Positions 9,493 through 18,761 of a stretch of DNA of 64,000 nucleotides are shown one piece after another (the stretch's first letter is position 1; each line of letters starts with the position of its first letter). The DNA is from Thermoproteota archaeon. Lineage in GTDB: Archaea; Thermoproteota; Thermoprotei; Gearchaeales; Gearchaeaceae. Under the pieces are notes generated by a model. That model did not search any database. It was not told the origin of the DNA and saw only the letters and a list, made by a program, of their open reading frames with translations. Position numbers and translations under genes: made by a program. The stretch lies in the NCBI GenBank assembly GCA_041640715.1, contig JBEPZU010000004.1:1542-65541 (forward strand). The letters run 5' to 3'.

Positions 9493-10674
9493 ATGGAAGA
9501 AATCAAATTATCATGCATAGAATGCGGAACAGATTTTAAAGCTGATCCATGGTTATTCAAGTGTCCTATATGCAGTGGCTTATTAGAAGTAAGATTCTCA
9601 AAACTCGAAATATCATGGAAAAATATTAGCAATAGACCCTTAAGCGTATGGAGATATAAAGAACTATTACCTAGAGTAAAAGAATACGTTTCTTTATCAG
9701 AAGGAGGTACACCATTGATACCTTCTAGGATATTCGATAATACTTACGTAAAATTTGAAGGAGCAAATCCTACAGGTAGCTTTAAAGATAGAGGCATGAC
9801 AGTATCTATTAGCTTAGCTAAAGAAGCAGGCGCGTATTCTGTGATCGTAGCCTCTACTGGCAATACAGCTGCTTCAGCATCAGCATATGCTGCTAGAGCT
9901 GGAATGAAATGTTATGTATTCCTTCCACGAGGGGCAGTAGCAGAAGGAAAATTAGCCCAAGTTTCTTTGCATGGAGCTAGCATCATAGAAATAGAGGGTA
10001 ACTTCGATGAAGCGTTGAGGAAAGCGATGGAAATCGTTGAGACAAGAAGGATCTACCCACTCAATTCCTTCAATCCATGGAGGCTTGAAGGTCAGAAAAC
10101 GATAGCTTTCGAGATATATGACCAAATCGGCTGTCCTGACTGGGTAATAGTTCCGGTTGGAAATGCGGGAAATATCTCAGCTATATGGAAAGGATTCAAA
10201 GAAATGAAAGTTTTAGGCGTATGCGAAAAACTTCCTAGAATGGTGGGTGTTCAGGCTGAAGGAGCTTCACCTTTAGCTAGTGCATGGAACAAAAAGCTTA
10301 AAGTACCTGAATTTGTAGAAAGACCTCAGACCATAGCTAGTGCTATAAGGATAGGCAAGCCTGTGAATTGGCCAAAGGCATGGAGAGCCGTAGAAGAGTC
10401 AAACGGAATGTTCATATCAGTAAGCGATGAAGAAATCTTGAAAGCTCAAAGAGACTTGGCTAGAATTGATGGAATAGGATCAGAGCCTGCAGGAGCTTCT
10501 AGCATAGCTGGTTTGAGGAAGCTTATAGAAGAGAAGATAATAGATAAAGGAGAAAAAGTTGTAGCTGTTGTCACTGGCACTGCTTTGAAAGACCCAGATT
10601 CTGCTCTAAGCGATATTAGCACTTTAAAGATTAGTTACGAAGAACTACCAAAATATCTAAGTCTTTGCGGATGA
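9493..10674 (+). CDS. thrC: threonine synthase
   Basis: 393 aa. PLP-lysine motif SFKDRGM. N-terminal Cys-rich zinc-ribbon-like segment (CIECG...CPICSG), as in archaeal ThrC. Confidence 0.85.
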   Translation: MEEIKLSCIECGTDFKADPWLFKCPICSGLLEVRFSKLEISWKNISNRPLSVWRYKELLPRVKEYVSLSEGGTPLIPSRIFDNTYVKFEGANPTGSFKDRGMTVSISLAKEAGAYSVIVASTGNTAASASAYAARAGMKCYVFLPRGAVAEGKLAQVSLHGASIIEIEGNFDEALRKAMEIVETRRIYPLNSFNPWRLEGQKTIAFEIYDQIGCPDWVIVPVGNAGNISAIWKGFKEMKVLGVCEKLPRMVGVQAEGASPLASAWNKKLKVPEFVERPQTIASAIRIGKPVNWPKAWRAVEESNGMFISVSDEEILKAQRDLARIDGIGSEPAGASSIAGLRKLIEEKIIDKGEKVVAVVTGTALKDPDSALSDISTLKISYEELPKYLSLCG

Positions 10675-11585
10675 AGGTAAGAGCATATTGTAGTTCAGCT
10701 AATCTTGGAGCTGGTTTCGATGTAGCAGCAATAGCTTTAGATGCTTTTTATGACGAAGTAGAAGTTTCAGTGGAACAAGGAAAAGGAGAAATACACACAG
10801 AATTCCATGGTCCTTATTCAGAGAACATACCCCCAAAGGATAACACTGCTTATCTAAGCGCTAGGTTATTGTTGGCGATGACAGGTTCCAATCTAAACGT
10901 TAATATAAAAGTTTGGAAGGGAATCCCTTTAGGCATAGGTCTAGGAGGAAGCGGTGCAACTGCTGTAGCTACGTTGAAGGCTCTAAAGTTGGAATTGGGA
11001 TTAAGAATAGATGAAATGAAGTTAGCATCAATAGCAGGACTTGCTGAAAAAGCAGCAGCAGGATCACCACATTACGATAACGTGACAGCAAGCATGTTAG
11101 GGGGACTTGTAGTTATATATAGCTTAGATCCTTTAAGAGCACTTAGATTTGAACCTAAAGGCCATTTCGTCATAGGAATACCTAAAATAAAAACACCACA
11201 ACATAAGACTGAGCTCATGAGGTCAATACTCCCTAGAAGCTTTCAAATAGAAATGTTGCCTAGAAGCCTAGCTAGAATGGCAGCTTTCATTTCAGCACTT
11301 TATGAAGGTTCGTTAGAGCTTTTAGGATATAGCATGACAGATGAACTCATAGAACCTGTAAGAGCTACAATAGTACCTGCATATGAAAAATTGAAGAAAT
11401 ATGCTAAAGAAGCAGGCGCTTTAGGTTTTACCATAAGCGGAGCAGGTCCTAGCGTAATAGCTCTAACAGATGAAGAGCATTCAAGAGAAGTAAGAGCTAT
11501 GATGATCAGAGCATATGAAGAAGAAAATGTAAAAGCTGATGTGATAATAGCCAAGCTTGCCCCACCTGCTTCCTCCATCTCTTAG
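10665..11585 (+). CDS. thrB: homoserine kinase (GHMP kinase family)
   Basis: 306 aa. GHMP ATP motif PLGIGLGGSGA. Overlaps the thrC stop by 10 nt. Confidence 0.8.
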   Translation: MRMKVRAYCSSANLGAGFDVAAIALDAFYDEVEVSVEQGKGEIHTEFHGPYSENIPPKDNTAYLSARLLLAMTGSNLNVNIKVWKGIPLGIGLGGSGATAVATLKALKLELGLRIDEMKLASIAGLAEKAAAGSPHYDNVTASMLGGLVVIYSLDPLRALRFEPKGHFVIGIPKIKTPQHKTELMRSILPRSFQIEMLPRSLARMAAFISALYEGSLELLGYSMTDELIEPVRATIVPAYEKLKKYAKEAGALGFTISGAGPSVIALTDEEHSREVRAMMIRAYEEENVKADVIIAKLAPPASSIS

Positions 11586-11644
11586 TTGCAATATAAGCGT
11601 TTTAGAAATTCTTAAATACTCAACAAAGAGAAATCAGTAAAATT

Positions 11645-12307
11645 ATGGAAATAAAAGTATTAAGGAGAACAGGGATTCCTTTCCAGCTAAAGAAATCAAT
11701 GAGTAAATGGATAGTCTTTGACATAGAAAGCGTCTTGGTAGATGGAGAGTATCTTGTAGAGATTGCTAAGACTGTAGGTTTAGGAGAAGAAATAAATGAA
11801 ATTACTAGGAAAGGATTGGAAGGAAAGATAACCTGGGAAGAAGGATTGATAAGACGTTTAACCATTTTAAAAGATAAGATAAGAAAGAAAGAGCTCGAGG
11901 AAATAGCCTATGAGTTACCCTTGATGAAGGGAGCAGTAGAGACTTGCGATGAAATCAAAGAACTAGGATTCAGAATCGCTGCTGTAACAGGAGGTTTTCA
12001 ATTCTTAGCTGAAAGGATCAAGAAAGAACTAAACATAGATTTGGTCATAAGCAATGAATTGATTTTCGAGGATGAAAGGATAAGCGGCATATTGCTTGAA
12101 GTGACATCGGATAAAGCTAAAGCTTTAATGCGCTACATTGGAAAGCGTACCATAGATATAGCTGTAATAGATGGCGCTAACGATTTGACCTTGTTCAATA
12201 TTTCTAGGTTGAAAATAGCCTTCAATGCTACTCAGATTGTTAAAATAAGAGCGGATATTTCTATAAAAGAGAAAGACTTAAGGAATTTACTGAAGTATAT
12301 CGCATAA
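11645..12307 (+). CDS. HAD-superfamily hydrolase, phosphoserine phosphatase (SerB)-like
   Basis: 220 aa. HAD motif I-like VFDIESVLV, motif ...AAVTGGF..., C-terminal GANDL(T). The true start may be the internal Met (MSKWIVFD). Confidence 0.5.
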   Translation: MEIKVLRRTGIPFQLKKSMSKWIVFDIESVLVDGEYLVEIAKTVGLGEEINEITRKGLEGKITWEEGLIRRLTILKDKIRKKELEEIAYELPLMKGAVETCDEIKELGFRIAAVTGGFQFLAERIKKELNIDLVISNELIFEDERISGILLEVTSDKAKALMRYIGKRTIDIAVIDGANDLTLFNISRLKIAFNATQIVKIRADISIKEKDLRNLLKYIA

Positions 12308-12356
12308 TTTCTTAAGAGAACACTTAAGAAAACTGTTAATTAAGCAGATTTTAAAA

Positions 12357-13103
12357 TTATCGACTCAAAATTAAGCTTGAATAGAAATCATTAGCTTTCT
12401 TATAGCTCTCATAAGTACCTATATCGAACCAGTGACCTTTAAGAACATAACCATAGACTTTCTCTCTAGCTATCAACCATTTCGTGAAATGACCGAAAGC
12501 ATCTCGAGGATTCCCTTCTTTTAAATAATCGTGAACCTTCTCTAAGACATTCCTAGGAAATAAATAAATCATCGTGCCTACTAAACTCGATCTAGGATTC
12601 TTAGGCTTTTCTTCAAAGCTTATGACCCTCCCATCCTTATCTAATTCTAAACACGATGCTTCCTTTGTAAGCATAGGATCTCCTACGTCATAAACAGCCA
12701 GGACTGTGGATTTCTTATCGAAATAATAATCAACGAACTCTCTAAGCTCTGAAGTAAAGAGATTGTCGCCTGCTAAAATCATTACATGTTCTCCCTTTAC
12801 TCTAGGAAGAAGTTCAGCTATAGCTTTGATGGCTCCTAACTTTTCTTCCTCTCTCCTAGCAGGTTCAACATTCAATGAAACATTCCTGTATGGTTTTGAA
12901 GAAAGCCAAGCTTCAAATTGATCCTTGAACTTAGCGTTAGTAGATATGATTATCTCACTTATCTCTGGTATCCTTTCCAATTTTTCCATCAAGTATTCTA
13001 TAATCGGCTTATCAGCTATTTTCAATAAAGCCTTGGCTACATTACTAGCTATTGAACCTAAACGAGTAGCAAAACCTCCTGCTAAAATTACAGCAGAGAT
13101 CAT
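12357..13103 (-). CDS. sugar-phosphate nucleotidyltransferase (NTP-transferase family)
   Basis: 248 aa. N-terminal LAGGFATRL (G-x-G-T-R-L) nucleotidyltransferase signature. Confidence 0.7.
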   Translation of the reverse strand: MISAVILAGGFATRLGSIASNVAKALLKIADKPIIEYLMEKLERIPEISEIIISTNAKFKDQFEAWLSSKPYRNVSLNVEPARREEEKLGAIKAIAELLPRVKGEHVMILAGDNLFTSELREFVDYYFDKKSTVLAVYDVGDPMLTKEASCLELDKDGRVISFEEKPKNPRSSLVGTMIYLFPRNVLEKVHDYLKEGNPRDAFGHFTKWLIAREKVYGYVLKGHWFDIGTYESYKKANDFYSSLILSR

Positions 13104-13172
13104 TACTATTTCATAGCTGAAATCCTTTAAAATTTTACTAAACTACAAATTCTTTAATCATAACTAAAGGAT

Positions 13173-14207
13173 TTATTCTTCGAGAGAGAATTTTTCTATT
13201 TCAGCTCTATATCTTAGCTCGACGGCCTGAGCCTTTATTAAAATCAAAGGAAGGTATAATGGCACTATACGCAATATAGGAGCTTTATAAATATCTATAC
13301 GTTCTTTAATCAACGATGCAAAATAGAAACCGTCCTTAATTCCTTTAAATAAAATCTCATAATTCCGTATCGGAGTTCTCATCGAATACCTACACAAAGC
13401 TAAGGTTTTTATTAACTTCCTATATCTACTGTTTGAAATCTCATTTAAAACTAACCAGCCTTTAACCTTATGATACATCGCTAAAGGTTTGAGCTTAGTA
13501 AAGGAAGCGCTTAGTAAGTGATATCCTGCTAACAAAGGTAAAGCTACACATTTATGTCTTGAATTCCAAAGTTTAAGTCCAATGTAATTGTCATCAAAAT
13601 AAAATGTCATGAAATCATGAAAGAGCTTATCTTTAAGACCTGTTTTATGAAGGGCCTCTATGTTATAAATAGAATAAGCCCCAGAAGTATAGCTTACTTT
13701 TAATGTTTTCTTAGCGATCCCTAAGTTCTCGCCCCTATATATAGCATAAGATGCAAGGAATTCATCGACGATAAAACCAAAGTTCTCAATCACGTTCTTA
13801 TCACGATACATGGATAATATTCCTTGAAAAGCCCCTATTTTGTTAAGCACAGATACATGTTCTACTAAAAGCTTTAAGCTCTCCTTAGTAGGAACCATAT
13901 CGTTGTTCATTAAAACAATGTATTTACTTTCAGGATCTCTAGCTCTATATCCTATGTTATTTCCTCCCGTGAAACCCAAGTTTTTGTTTAATCTAATCAA
14001 TTTCTTCCTAATTCTGCCTTTCCTGGATAAGAAATCTTCGATCTTCTCAAAACTTCCGTCATTAGATGCGTTATCTACGACGATTAACTCATAATTGTTT
14101 TCAGGATAATCCAGATCGGTTATGCTTTCTAAAGATTCTAAAGCTACGTCTATAAATTTAGTGCTATTGTAGTTAAGCCATATTATGGATAGCTTGGGCC
14201 AGGTCAT
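13173..14207 (-). CDS. glycosyltransferase family 2
   Basis: 344 aa. LSIIWLNYN...ELIVVDNASNDGS GT2 N-terminal signature. DxD region MNND. Confidence 0.7.
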   Translation of the reverse strand: MTWPKLSIIWLNYNSTKFIDVALESLESITDLDYPENNYELIVVDNASNDGSFEKIEDFLSRKGRIRKKLIRLNKNLGFTGGNNIGYRARDPESKYIVLMNNDMVPTKESLKLLVEHVSVLNKIGAFQGILSMYRDKNVIENFGFIVDEFLASYAIYRGENLGIAKKTLKVSYTSGAYSIYNIEALHKTGLKDKLFHDFMTFYFDDNYIGLKLWNSRHKCVALPLLAGYHLLSASFTKLKPLAMYHKVKGWLVLNEISNSRYRKLIKTLALCRYSMRTPIRNYEILFKGIKDGFYFASLIKERIDIYKAPILRIVPLYLPLILIKAQAVELRYRAEIEKFSLEE

Positions 14208-14226
14208 GAAAACAAAGAAAATGGGT

Positions 14227-15342
14227 TCAAGCTGTGAATTCGAGTTGTTTCTTGGTGTATTTCATCAACCTCTCTTCGATCACCTCGACTCCTATTCCTG
14301 GCTTTTCATTTAAAGGAATCGTTCCATCTTTCCTCAAAACCCAAGGAGGTTCAATTATGTCTTCTTCCCAGTATCTACTGCTTTGACCTATGTCGTTTGG
14401 GTATTTCACGTTGGGAAGAGTAGCAGAAGCTATCAAATGAGATCTACCTATTCCTGTTTCTAGCATCCCTCCTATCCAGACAGGAATTCCTTTGGTCATT
14501 GCATAATCATGAATTAACTTAGTCTCATTCAAACCTCCTACTCTTGAAGGCTTTATGTTTATTATTTTACAACTACCGAGTTTCAAGGCAACTTTGGCAT
14601 CATAAATGCTCTTTATGCTCTCATCTAAGCATATGGGAGTCCTTATCTTTGATTGAAGCTCTGCGTGATCGTGTAAATCTTCATAGCTTAGGGGCTGTTC
14701 TATCATTAGGAGATTATAATCATCCATTTGCTTGAATAAGTGTAGGTCTTCTAAAGAATAAGCTGCATTGGCATCTACTTGAAGGGGTATTTCTCCGAAT
14801 TCCTCCCTTATTAATTTAATCGGCTTTAAATCCCAGCCTTGCTTTATTTTTATTTTCACTCTCTTATACCCTTCTTCTAAGAAGCTTCCAACCGCTTTCA
14901 ATAAAGCTTCCTCATCGCCTATAATGCCTATGCTTATTCCGCTCTCTATGTAATTTCTAATCCCTCCTAGGATTTTATAAAGAGGCTTCCCTTCAAGCTT
15001 TGCTTTTAAGTCCCATAAAGCCATTTCAATTCCTGCTTTGGCCATTCTATAACCTCTAACACCTTTTGTCATCTCTACGAAATCTTTAGGATCGTTGATT
15101 TTCTTTGTTTTAAGTAGAGTTGGTATCAGGAAATCCTTTGCAACGTAAAGCGTAGTTTCAACAGTCTCATAACTATACCAAGGACCTTCATCGACAGGAG
15201 ATTCTCCCCATCCTATCAATCCTGAGCTGTCTTCTACCCCAAAGATCACGCAGTTTCTATTTATCGTTTTGCCAAAGCTTGTTTCAAAGGAGGATTTAAG
15301 TTTCATCACCAAATTATAAACGCGAATTCTCTTTATCTCCAT
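14227..15342 (-). CDS. enolase-superfamily enzyme, muconate-lactonizing subgroup (N-acylamino-acid racemase / o-succinylbenzoate synthase / dipeptide epimerase-like)
   Basis: 371 aa. KxK (VKIKIK), metal ligands in QVDANAAY, MIEQP, CLDESI, and catalytic K in NIKPSRVGG are all present. Confidence 0.75.
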   Translation of the reverse strand: MEIKRIRVYNLVMKLKSSFETSFGKTINRNCVIFGVEDSSGLIGWGESPVDEGPWYSYETVETTLYVAKDFLIPTLLKTKKINDPKDFVEMTKGVRGYRMAKAGIEMALWDLKAKLEGKPLYKILGGIRNYIESGISIGIIGDEEALLKAVGSFLEEGYKRVKIKIKQGWDLKPIKLIREEFGEIPLQVDANAAYSLEDLHLFKQMDDYNLLMIEQPLSYEDLHDHAELQSKIRTPICLDESIKSIYDAKVALKLGSCKIINIKPSRVGGLNETKLIHDYAMTKGIPVWIGGMLETGIGRSHLIASATLPNVKYPNDIGQSSRYWEEDIIEPPWVLRKDGTIPLNEKPGIGVEVIEERLMKYTKKQLEFTA

Positions 15343-16241
15343 GGGAATTCACCTTCTAATATATGTTCTAAGTCTTTCCTCCATAGCACATAAAAATATC
15401 TAACCTTTTTTTGCTCAGCCTCCTTGATGAATTCTACGACAACGTAGTTCTCCTTGTTTATATAATGATCAAAGACGTTCCTCAAAGAAAGTCTCCACTT
15501 GAGCATCATGTCTCTGAAATCTCTGAGCCTGTTTAGATTACTGGGCACTTCAACCAATACCACATTCGCATTTTCCTTCAAACTATAATCGCTTAAAATC
15601 ATAAAATCATCAGAAACTTCAGTCTTAGTTACAAGCTTAGCCCCTAAATTAAGTAATTCGTTCAAGCTAGGTTCCCTAATCTTTTCCTTTATCCTAAGCT
15701 CGACCCGCTTGCTCTTTATCCACCATTCAGCTTCAAAACGATCTGTAGGCATGCCTATGTTTATCGAATCGGTTAGTTCTCCATAATAATCGACGTAAAA
15801 CTTCCTTACTATCACACCTAGTTTACCTATGTTGAATCTTGCATTCGAAGATTGCAAAGGATCATAGGTCCAAGCAATAAAGTCTAAACCTTGTTCTAAA
15901 ACTAGCTCTCTTTGTTTTAGCTTCAAGAAATAACCTAAACCTTTGTATCTTTGTTCAGGGATGACGCCCGTCATGTGGCTATAATGATATAATTTTCCTT
16001 CAGGAGACTTAGCTAAGATGCCAAAGGCAAAGCCTACTACTTTTCCAGTATCCTTCTCGAACGCACCTATTACAATCCCGCCTCTTCTATCACAGGCTAT
16101 GAGCATATGATGGGCTACTGCTCCGCTATAATCCTTCATTCCCCATACTTCTAGTTGAGCATCAGTTATCTTGCGATACTCATCAGGATCCCTAGGCTTC
16201 CTTATTTCTATGATCTTGTCACCTAGAATTATTTCATTCAT
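15333..16241 (-). CDS. GNAT-fold acyltransferase-like protein (two-domain)
   Basis: 302 aa. R-x-x-G-x-G/A acyl-CoA motif (EQRYKGLGYF). 10-nt overlap with the downstream enolase-superfamily gene implies co-translation. Confidence 0.45.
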   Translation of the reverse strand: MNEIILGDKIIEIRKPRDPDEYRKITDAQLEVWGMKDYSGAVAHHMLIACDRRGGIVIGAFEKDTGKVVGFAFGILAKSPEGKLYHYSHMTGVIPEQRYKGLGYFLKLKQRELVLEQGLDFIAWTYDPLQSSNARFNIGKLGVIVRKFYVDYYGELTDSINIGMPTDRFEAEWWIKSKRVELRIKEKIREPSLNELLNLGAKLVTKTEVSDDFMILSDYSLKENANVVLVEVPSNLNRLRDFRDMMLKWRLSLRNVFDHYINKENYVVVEFIKEAEQKKVRYFYVLWRKDLEHILEGEFPWR

Positions 16242-16396
16242 GAACTATTAACAAATAGAGATTCGGGTTAAAAATTTAGCAAAAACCGATAAATGCTTTC
16301 CTTGATTTTCCAATGCTATTCAGTCAATCCTAAAGAACTTTGATAATTTTTGGAATTTAAGCTAAGTTTTATTACTCCACCCAACTTATTAAGCTA

Positions 16397-17461
16397 ATGA
16401 AAGGCGTAATACTTCATGGAGGAGCTGGTACTAGATTAAGGCCTTTAACATTCAGCGGTCCTAAGCAATTAATTCCAGTAGCAAATAAACCTGTGTCACA
16501 GTATGCTTTAGAAGATTTAGTAAACTGCGGCATCAATGAAATAGCGATAATTTTAGGGGAAACATTTCCAGAGTTGGTAGAGAAATACTACGGAGATGGT
16601 TCAAGATTCGGTGCAAAAATAACTTACATCCATCAAGGTAAGCCTTTAGGAATAGCTCATGCTGTAGGACTTTGCAGGGATTTCATTAAAGATGATAATT
16701 TCGTAGTTTATTTAGGGGATAATCTCCTACAATTCGGCATAAAAAAATATTTGGAGGAATTCTTGAGGAAAGATGCTGATTCAATGGTTCTTTTGAAAGA
16801 GGTCGAAGATCCTACCAAATTTGGCGTTGCAGAGTTCGATGAAAAAGGAAAACTTAGCAGAGTAATCGAGAAACCTAAGAAGCCTCCAAGCAAGTATGCC
16901 TTGGTAGGAGTTTATTTCTTCAAATCTATTATTTTCAAAATGATAGATAACCTTAAGCCTAGTTGGAGAGGCGAATATGAAATAACTGATGCTATTCAAA
17001 TGATGATCGATGAAAACTATAAAGTTGAATATTCGATCGTTGAAGGTTGGTGGCTTGACACAGGGAAAAAGGATGATATACTTTATGCAAACGCTTTGAT
17101 TCTAGATGAAAGGATAAAAAAGGAGATAAAGGGAGAAATAGAGGATTCGAAAATCAATGGAAGAGTAGTCGTAGAAGAAAGGACCAAAATAATAAAGAGC
17201 GAAGTAAGAGGTCCTTCTATAATAGGCAAAAATTGTATCATTGAGAATTCTTTCATTGGACCATATACGAGCATAGGAGATAACACAAAAATAGTCAACA
17301 GCTCGATTGAACATAGCATAATCTTAGAAAATTCGATAATAGAAAATATAGAAAGATTGGACTCAAGCTTGGTAGGTAAAAACTCAAAAATTATAAAAAA
17401 TAAGGATAGAAGAACTTTAAGGCTTAACGTGGGTGATCATTCTGAAGTCGAAGTTTTTTAA
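16397..17461 (+). CDS. rfbA: glucose-1-phosphate thymidylyltransferase (archaeal long form with C-terminal left-handed beta-helix)
   Basis: 354 aa. MKGVILHGGAGTRLRPLT signature. C-terminal hexapeptide-repeat region. Confidence 0.8.
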   Translation: MKGVILHGGAGTRLRPLTFSGPKQLIPVANKPVSQYALEDLVNCGINEIAIILGETFPELVEKYYGDGSRFGAKITYIHQGKPLGIAHAVGLCRDFIKDDNFVVYLGDNLLQFGIKKYLEEFLRKDADSMVLLKEVEDPTKFGVAEFDEKGKLSRVIEKPKKPPSKYALVGVYFFKSIIFKMIDNLKPSWRGEYEITDAIQMMIDENYKVEYSIVEGWWLDTGKKDDILYANALILDERIKKEIKGEIEDSKINGRVVVEERTKIIKSEVRGPSIIGKNCIIENSFIGPYTSIGDNTKIVNSSIEHSIILENSIIENIERLDSSLVGKNSKIIKNKDRRTLRLNVGDHSEVEVF

Positions 17462-17528
17462 AGAAAGTATGATTTATTCTTAAAGACTTTCTTCAGTTAA
17501 CGATTTCTAAAAGGTTATAATCCAAATA

Positions 17529-18068
17529 ATGCTAAGTATTGTCATGACAGAAGCAAAGAGATATCCTTTGGAGGGTGTTAAGGTTTACGAACTTAAAGTA
17601 TTGCCGGATGAAAGAGGATTTTTCTCAGAAGCGCTCAGAGAAGATTGGAAGGAGTTACTAGAAGGAGAATGGATTGTACAAGCAAATATAAGCTATAGTT
17701 ATCCGGGAATCGTAAGAGCCTGGCATAGACATGAAAGAGGCCAAATAGACTATTTTCTAGTATTGAAAGGAGCGATGAAAATTTGCGCCTATGATGAAGA
17801 AACTGGAAAAATGGTCGAGATCATTGCAAGCGAAGATAAATTAAACATTGTTAGAATACCTGGCAAGTACTGGCATGGAACTAAAACTATTAGCAATGAG
17901 CCTTCTTTAACGGTTTATTTCGTCAATAGGCTTTATGATTACAAGAATCCTGATGAACTAAGAAGACCTTGGAATGACCCTTCTATAGTGCCTAAAGAAA
18001 TAAACGGAAGAACCGATGACCCTAGAGTAGGTAAACCTTGGGACTGGTTTTATCCGCCCCATAAGTAA
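17529..18068 (+). CDS. rfbC: dTDP-4-dehydrorhamnose 3,5-epimerase
   Basis: 179 aa cupin. RmlC-like motifs (RGFFSE..., WHRHERGQIDYFLVLKG, YWHG). Confidence 0.8.
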   Translation: MLSIVMTEAKRYPLEGVKVYELKVLPDERGFFSEALREDWKELLEGEWIVQANISYSYPGIVRAWHRHERGQIDYFLVLKGAMKICAYDEETGKMVEIIASEDKLNIVRIPGKYWHGTKTISNEPSLTVYFVNRLYDYKNPDELRRPWNDPSIVPKEINGRTDDPRVGKPWDWFYPPHK

Positions 18069-18395
18069 AAGCCTAAATCCCCGATTGATGGATAACATGA
18101 ATACATAACCTAACAGTTTAACAGTATGTGGGCAAGAAAATAGAGAAAAATGGAAGATAAATTTTTCTTTATCTCTTAATAGTTCATAGAAAATCAAAAT
18201 TCATAACTAAAAAATGAATTATAATTCCGGTCGAATGAGTAAAAAGGTGAATAATAGAAAGTCCTTTGCATAATTAATGAGTAACCCTCTAAGAAGCAAA
18301 AGGTTTAAAAGAATTGATTAAAACTCCAGAAGAAAAACCGTCCGAAACACTTAAATATAGATAGATTTATATAGCCCCAAGAGATTCTTGGTAAG

Positions 18396-18728
18396 ATGGA
18401 TTCAATTTCATATTTTGATTTGTATCAGATTTATAAATTATTCAAAAAGAAAAGAATTTGGAATAAATTAGAAATATTAGATAAAGCATTTATTAAATCA
18501 TGTTTAATTCTTTCAAAAATTAAAAAGATTAAAAATAAAGAAATAATTAATATATTAAACAGAATAATGAATAAAATAAATAACTTCAAGAAAGAAAAGA
18601 TAGAAATGGCTATCAGCGTAGCAATAGAAGCAATGAAAGGAAATGCTGTGAAAACGTTTAAAAAATTGGCTGAATGGTACAAAGATGAAGCTTACCTGTT
18701 CTGGCTAGGCTTGGCTCTAAGCAGGTAA
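18396..18728 (+). CDS. hypothetical Lys/Ile-rich small protein (may be a non-coding AT-rich artefact)
   Basis: 110-aa ORF of low complexity. Only ORF in this gap. Confidence 0.2.
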   Translation: MDSISYFDLYQIYKLFKKKRIWNKLEILDKAFIKSCLILSKIKKIKNKEIINILNRIMNKINNFKKEKIEMAISVAIEAMKGNAVKTFKKLAEWYKDEAYLFWLGLALSR

Positions 18729-18761
18729 TTGAGTTAGCTAGAGGAATAAAAGAAAACTAAT

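Noticed and set aside
14227-15342. Calling the enolase-superfamily gene menC (o-succinylbenzoate synthase)
   Set aside because: Its operon partners are glycosyltransferases and a GNAT, and no other men genes are in the window. Left as NSAR/OSBS-family without a symbol.
18396-18728. 110-aa K/I/N-rich ORF as a real gene
   Set aside because: Composition mirrors the local DNA (about 75% AT). Kept only as a very low-confidence feature.
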